DNA of 64,000 nucleotides, taken from Octopus vulgaris (Eukaryota). A program made the translations under genes and the position numbers. How positions within the stretch are numbered: the stretch's first letter is position 1; every line of letters starts with the position of its first letter. The stretch is from the NCBI GenBank assembly GCA_951406725.2, contig OX597832.1, forward strand, positions 36,022,001 through 36,086,000. The letters are read 5' to 3'. The notes under the pieces were generated by a model that saw only the letters and a list, made by a program, of their open reading frames with translations, was not told the DNA's origin and ran no database searches. Positions 59,334-64,000 of this stretch are shown here, piece after piece.

Positions 59334-59413
<80 letters not shown>

Positions 59414-59427
59414 CAGATAGATAGATC

Positions 59428-59953
59428 GATAAAACTTACTTGGAAAAGGATGCGTGGCGTTCGATCATATAATAATATAAATAATGTATAAATATATGCA
59501 TATATACATACATGCATGTACATACCTACATATATATGTATATATACATGCATGTATAGATCAGGACATCAAAAAACGTAGACACAATGAGAAACGAAAA
59601 CATAAAAACAAAAACATAGAAAACGAACTTTTTTCGAACAACGAAAAATAAAACAGAGAAACGAGACATGTAACATAAAGAACATTCCCTTCATCAGTTG
59701 TCCCCTGTTTTATCTACTCCGCGTTTTCGAAGGTAAGGACAATACACGACTTCGTTAAAACAGTCCTTCCCGATGTGAAGATTATGAACGCTAGAAAAAC
59801 GAACTTTGAGAAGAGACAGGTAAAAGCATGTCTTGTCTTTAGGAAGGAAGTGGAAGAAAGATAGATGGCCTTTCGACACGTGCATATATTTATATATTAT
59901 TTATATTATTATATGATCGAACGCCACGCATCTTTTTCCAAGTAAGTTTTATC
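59428..59953. mobile_element. 526-bp cassette with 73-bp terminal inverted repeats
   Basis: 59428-59500 versus 59881-59953 with 2 mismatches. Internal minus-strand CTGATGAAGGG near 59687-59697. Confidence 0.8.
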
Positions 59954-60034
59954 TTAACAACTAGCAGAGATACCCGGCGTTGCCCGGTTACATTCAATTG
60001 AAGAATTAGACTTTTCTGTTATATATATATATGG

Positions 60035-60086
<52 letters not shown>

Positions 60087-60168
60087 GTATATTTATATAA
60101 ATACATGAAAGTACATGAAGTTTGTTAAAAAAAAGGGGGATCATGTATATACCTCCTGGCTGTTGAGA

Positions 60169-60634
60169 TTATAACACCTCGTTGTTAACAATGTTCCTTG
60201 TTTTTCCTTGTGGAGCATATACAAAAAGGTTTCTTTTGGTTCCTACTCTTGAGCAGCCAACATACAGTTGCCCATGCGAGAAGCAGGGCTCTTCCAAGAG
60301 AAGACCAGCTACAGAGAGGGTTTGACCCTGAGATTTATTAATGGACATGGCAAAGCTGACACGAAGGGGGAATTGCAGTCTTCTGAATGTAAATGGAATT
60401 TCTGCTCCTGATGGAGTAAGAGGAAATCTTGGAATAAAGACGTCATCAGCTTTTCCACATCCAGAAAGAATGATCGCCTCGATAACGTGTGACATCATTT
60501 TCTTTATCACCAGTCGTGTTCCATTGCAAAGTCTTGGTGGTTCCAGATTGCAGAGTAGCATTACAGGAGTTCCAACTTTAAGTGCTAATATGTGTGGAGG
60601 TAGTCCAGGAGGCTCCAGTGAATTGAGAAATTCC
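60169..60634 (-). pseudogene. Helitron RepHel PIF1-like helicase C-terminal segment (open frame, N-terminus missing)
   Basis: [41 protein letters not shown]...[22 protein letters not shown]...[14 protein letters not shown]...[10 protein letters not shown]. Confidence 0.9.
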
Positions 60635-60792
60635 ACCACCACCGCCACCACCACCACCAACAACAACAACAACGACAACAACAACAGCAAAGATATCGTC
60701 GTTTTGCCGTCTCCCATAACTGCCAACAACAACACCACCAAAAACAAATCCAATTTTGCACAAGCGTAAAAATAAAAAAAGACAATACTAAA

Positions 60793-61600
60793 CTTCAAAA
60801 GTTTGTGCTCGGATAATATTTTTTATGTAAAAGTTGTGCAACAACTAAAGCATTCGGTTGTGCAAATTCTTTGCACGGGAAACCTTCCCTGTGTGGCGTG
60901 TTTCCCGATTTTGTAGAATTTGCTTTCGGCTTTCTTAGCCATTTCTGTTTTGGCGACTTCAAGCCATGAAGTCGTTGTTCTAAAAGAACGGTGGTCTCCT
61001 TGACAACGCTTACGACGTTGATTTCCCTACCCTGCCTTCCCCACAGCTTCATGAAGGAGGGAGGGAGGAAGGGGAGGAGTAACACAGGTGCAGGTGCGAG
61101 CATGGACGCCAACATCGCCACCACCGCCACCACCGCCACCGCTGCTGCCACTACCACCTCCGCCGTCGCTATTTCCACCGTCACTGCCGCCACCACCATA
61201 CTATGCCTCTGCTCTCTCCTTTTGGCTACTAAATCTATTACCATATTTCACAAGTACCATCGCCATACAATACTGCCTTCAAAAGTTTGTGTTTGGATAA
61301 TATTTTTTATGTAAAAGTTGTGCAACAACTAAAGCATTCGGTTGTGCAAATTCTTTGCACGGGAAACCTTCCCTGTGTGGCGTGTTTCCAGATTTTGTAG
61401 AATTTGCTTTCGGCTTTCTTAGCCATTTCTGTTTTGGCGACTTCAAAGCCATGAAGTCGTTGTCGAGAAGAACGGTGGTCTCCTTGACAACGCTTACGAC
61501 GTTGATTTCCCTACCCTGCCTTCCCCACAGCTTCATGAAGGAGGGAGGAAGGGGAGAAGCAACACAGGTGCAGGTGCGAGCATGGATGCCGACATCGCCG
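60793..61600. repeat. ~330-bp direct duplication (60793-61120 and 61277-61600) inside the Helitron
   Basis: Offset of about 484 bp; highly similar copies, each followed by (ACC/GCC)-rich sequence. Confidence 0.9.
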
Positions 61601-61764
61601 CCGACGACACACGAGGAATTGGAAGAACCCAGACGACAGCTTCACAGTCAAAGGACAACTCTGCCACAAACACCACCACCATCACCACGACGACCACCAC
61701 CACCACCACCACCACTACCACTACCACCATGACCACCACCACCATCACCACTACCACCATCACC

Positions 61765-62290
61765 GTGGGGCCCATTTTTTTCCATTCCAAGTGTAGTACG
61801 ATGGAATCTGTGGAAAGAGCAAGGTTTGAGCGAATGGATCCACTTGACAAAGCTTGAAGAATGCAGTGAGTGTGCTATCCCTTGGTTCATCTGCCAACAG
61901 AGAAGCATTAGCATCGGTGAAGTACACTCTTTGACCATTTTCCAGGTGCACTGCAAGCTGTTGAATGGCGGGGTGTCGTTGGTGAATTGGAAAGCCAAAG
62001 ATGCGCCAGAAAGCCTCGTTGCTACTCATGTCCCGTCCCACCTGATAATGCGTCACCTCATCCTGGCAGTATTCTTGTTGAAGTCCAAACATTGCTGCGT
62101 CGGAACCCTTGTTCTGACGGTACATATGCACTTCGATATTGATGAGTTGATCAAATAGATGACCTCGACTTCATTACATTCGATATGACAATAGACACCA
62201 CAAGCAAAATTAGTTTCGCCTCTATTAAGGGGTTTACTAAATTTTGCAATAATCGTGGAAATGTCACAGGATGCAAATAAACCGCGGCCT
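61765..62290 (-). pseudogene. Helitron RepHel Rep-distal segment, frameshifted
   Basis: NKGSDAAMF...DEVTHYQVGRDMSSNEAFWRIFGFPIHQRHPAIQQLAVHLENGQRVYF...STLTAFFKLCQVDPFAQTLLFPQIPSYYTWN. Confidence 0.85.
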
Positions 62291-62347
62291 ACTTTAGCTG
62301 GATATTTTGCTTCAATGTTTTCTTGCTTGGATATTATCATTCAGTTT

Positions 62348-62718
62348 TCATCTTTTATCTTTTACTTGTTTCAGCCATTTGGCTGCAGCTATACTGGGAC
62401 ACCGATTTGAAGAATTTTTAGTACTTTTTAAGCCAGGTACTTATTTTATCAGTCTCATTTGCCGGACTACTAAGTTACGGGGATGTAAAGAAATCAACAC
62501 CGGTTATCAAGTATAGTGGGGTACAATAACAGAGACAAAGATACACACACGTAGATATACATATTCGAAGGGCTTCTTTCAGTTTCCATCTATCAAATCC
62601 ACTCACAAGGCTTTGACCAGCCCGTGTCTATTGTAGAAGACACTCGCCCTATGTGCAACGCAGCGGGGTTGAACCCAGAACTATGTGGTTGGTAAGCATG
62701 CTTCTTACTGCGCAGCCT
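62348..62718 (-). mobile_element. SINE family A (diverged)
   Basis: Matches 12505-12904 along its length. Confidence 0.75.
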
Positions 62719-63659
62719 CACTTTTATTTTTTCAGCTACTTTAATGACTTGTTTTTTGTTTCTAAATGGTTAAACAACACGTGGTTGCATCCTGCCGTTC
62801 TAAATTACTGCTGTCTCTATCCGATTAGCTTCGTGATGTTCTCTAGCGATAATTTTAAAATGTAGGCCAAATATTCAAAAGGAATGAATATTGCGATCAT
62901 AATGTTCTTCATTACACAGGCCTTGAGTAATTTTGTAGAGTAATTAGGAAAAAAAGAACAAATAAGATCACTAATCCACTTAAGTACTTATTGATAGAGT
63001 AATGGAATAATCTTAGTCTTTATAATAGCAATTAAGTTAAATATTGAATTTTTATATCAAAGATATGAAATTGAATTTATAAATGTGTGTGTTTGCGCAT
63101 TTGTGTGTGTGTGCACATATATTATACATTGGGGATCAAAAGATGATAAGAGAAAAATATCCTTTTCTTAAATACAATGCAGAATATTAAACTTTAACTG
63201 GTTTCGCCCCCTTTACTGATGAACATTGAACAATAAATAATTTTTTGTACCACAAGCGAAGCACAATTGTTGAAGGAAAATCGCATGTTACGTGAATGAT
63301 GTAAATATACTGATAAAAGTGACATGTCATTTTCAGTCAGGAATTAAAAATATGAAAAGACTTATCACTATTTCTAACTGCAAATGTCATTTAGTCGTTG
63401 TTTCGAGATAGAACCTGGCCAGGTGGTAGAATACTCCCACTTCACACCTGGTTTCATTCACCATTTTGAATGAACCTCCACGGTGACAAACACTGCATGC
63501 TAAACGTTTGCTGAATTAGAACCCTTTCTTTTTGCATTGCAAAGGAAAAGAAATAATTGTTTCTTTCCTAAACAAAATGAAAAGATTCTCACCTATTGTT
63601 TCTGATGGAAAACGATACAACAAAAATGGGGTCATGTGAATGATGACTGTTAAAAAATG

Positions 63660-63873
63660 TGTGTGTGTGTGTTTGTGTCTATGTTTCCCCACCACCACCA
63701 CCATCATTGCTTGACAACCGATGCTGGTGTGTTTCCGACCCTGTAACATAGCAGTTCGACAAAAGAAACCGATAGAATAAGTACTAGGCTTACAAAGAAC
63801 AAGTTCTGAAGGCAAACTCTTTGAGGCGGTGTTCCAGCATGACTGCAGTCAAATGACTGAAACAAGTGAAAGA
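63660..63873 (+). mobile_element. SINE family A, 3' half
   Basis: CTTGACAACCGATGCTGGTGTGTTT...GGCGGTGTTCCAGCATGACTGCAGTCAAATGACTGAAAC. Confidence 0.8.
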
Positions 63874-63875
63874 AT

Positions 63876-63952
<77 letters not shown>

Positions 63953-64000
63953 TATATATCCATACATATACATACATGTGTATGAGTGTGTGTAACTGTA

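Larger units (their letters stand above)
59961..62300 (-). mobile_element. Internally deleted and rearranged Helitron with intact 3' terminus
   Basis: The minus strand ends ACCGGGCAACGCCGGGTATCTCTG-CTAG|T (hairpin plus CTAG). Contains Rep-region and PIF1 helicase fragments. Confidence 0.85.

Noticed and set aside
60169-60798. Host PIF1 helicase gene with a signal-peptide-like N-terminus
   Set aside because: The N-terminus is a (GTT/GGT)n translation. The flanking Rep fragment and hairpin-CTAG end identify a Helitron.

Overview
Eukaryotic, very AT-rich DNA saturated with microsatellites. I could not support any host protein-coding exon, so it is probably intronic or intergenic. The SINE families and repeat landscape look like an octopus (coleoid cephalopod) genome; this is an inference from recalled repeat sequences, not a database result. 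Nearly all long ORFs in the track are translations of (TA)n, (TATG)n, (TACG)n, (ATT)n or (TAGA)n. Real content: two tRNA-derived SINE families (one also present as head-to-tail 184-bp concatemers), R4/Dong-type RLE LINE fragments sitting in (TAA)n tracts, L1/Tx1-like and RTE-like LINE debris, Tc1 fragments, two Helitron Rep/PIF1 remnants (one with an intact hairpin+CTAG end), a near-perfect 26 x 58-bp minisatellite, and a 2.8-kb (YAYG)n array with a CpG-rich palindromic core. The most interesting signal is at least 8 sequence-diverse type I hammerhead-ribozyme (HHR) folds, found by hand, with compensatory stems. They lie in short non-coding elements that often abut microsatellites; one carries a 15-bp target-site duplication and some sit in inverted-repeat or fold-back cassettes. 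They resemble Penelope-derived, retrozyme-like mobile RNAs.
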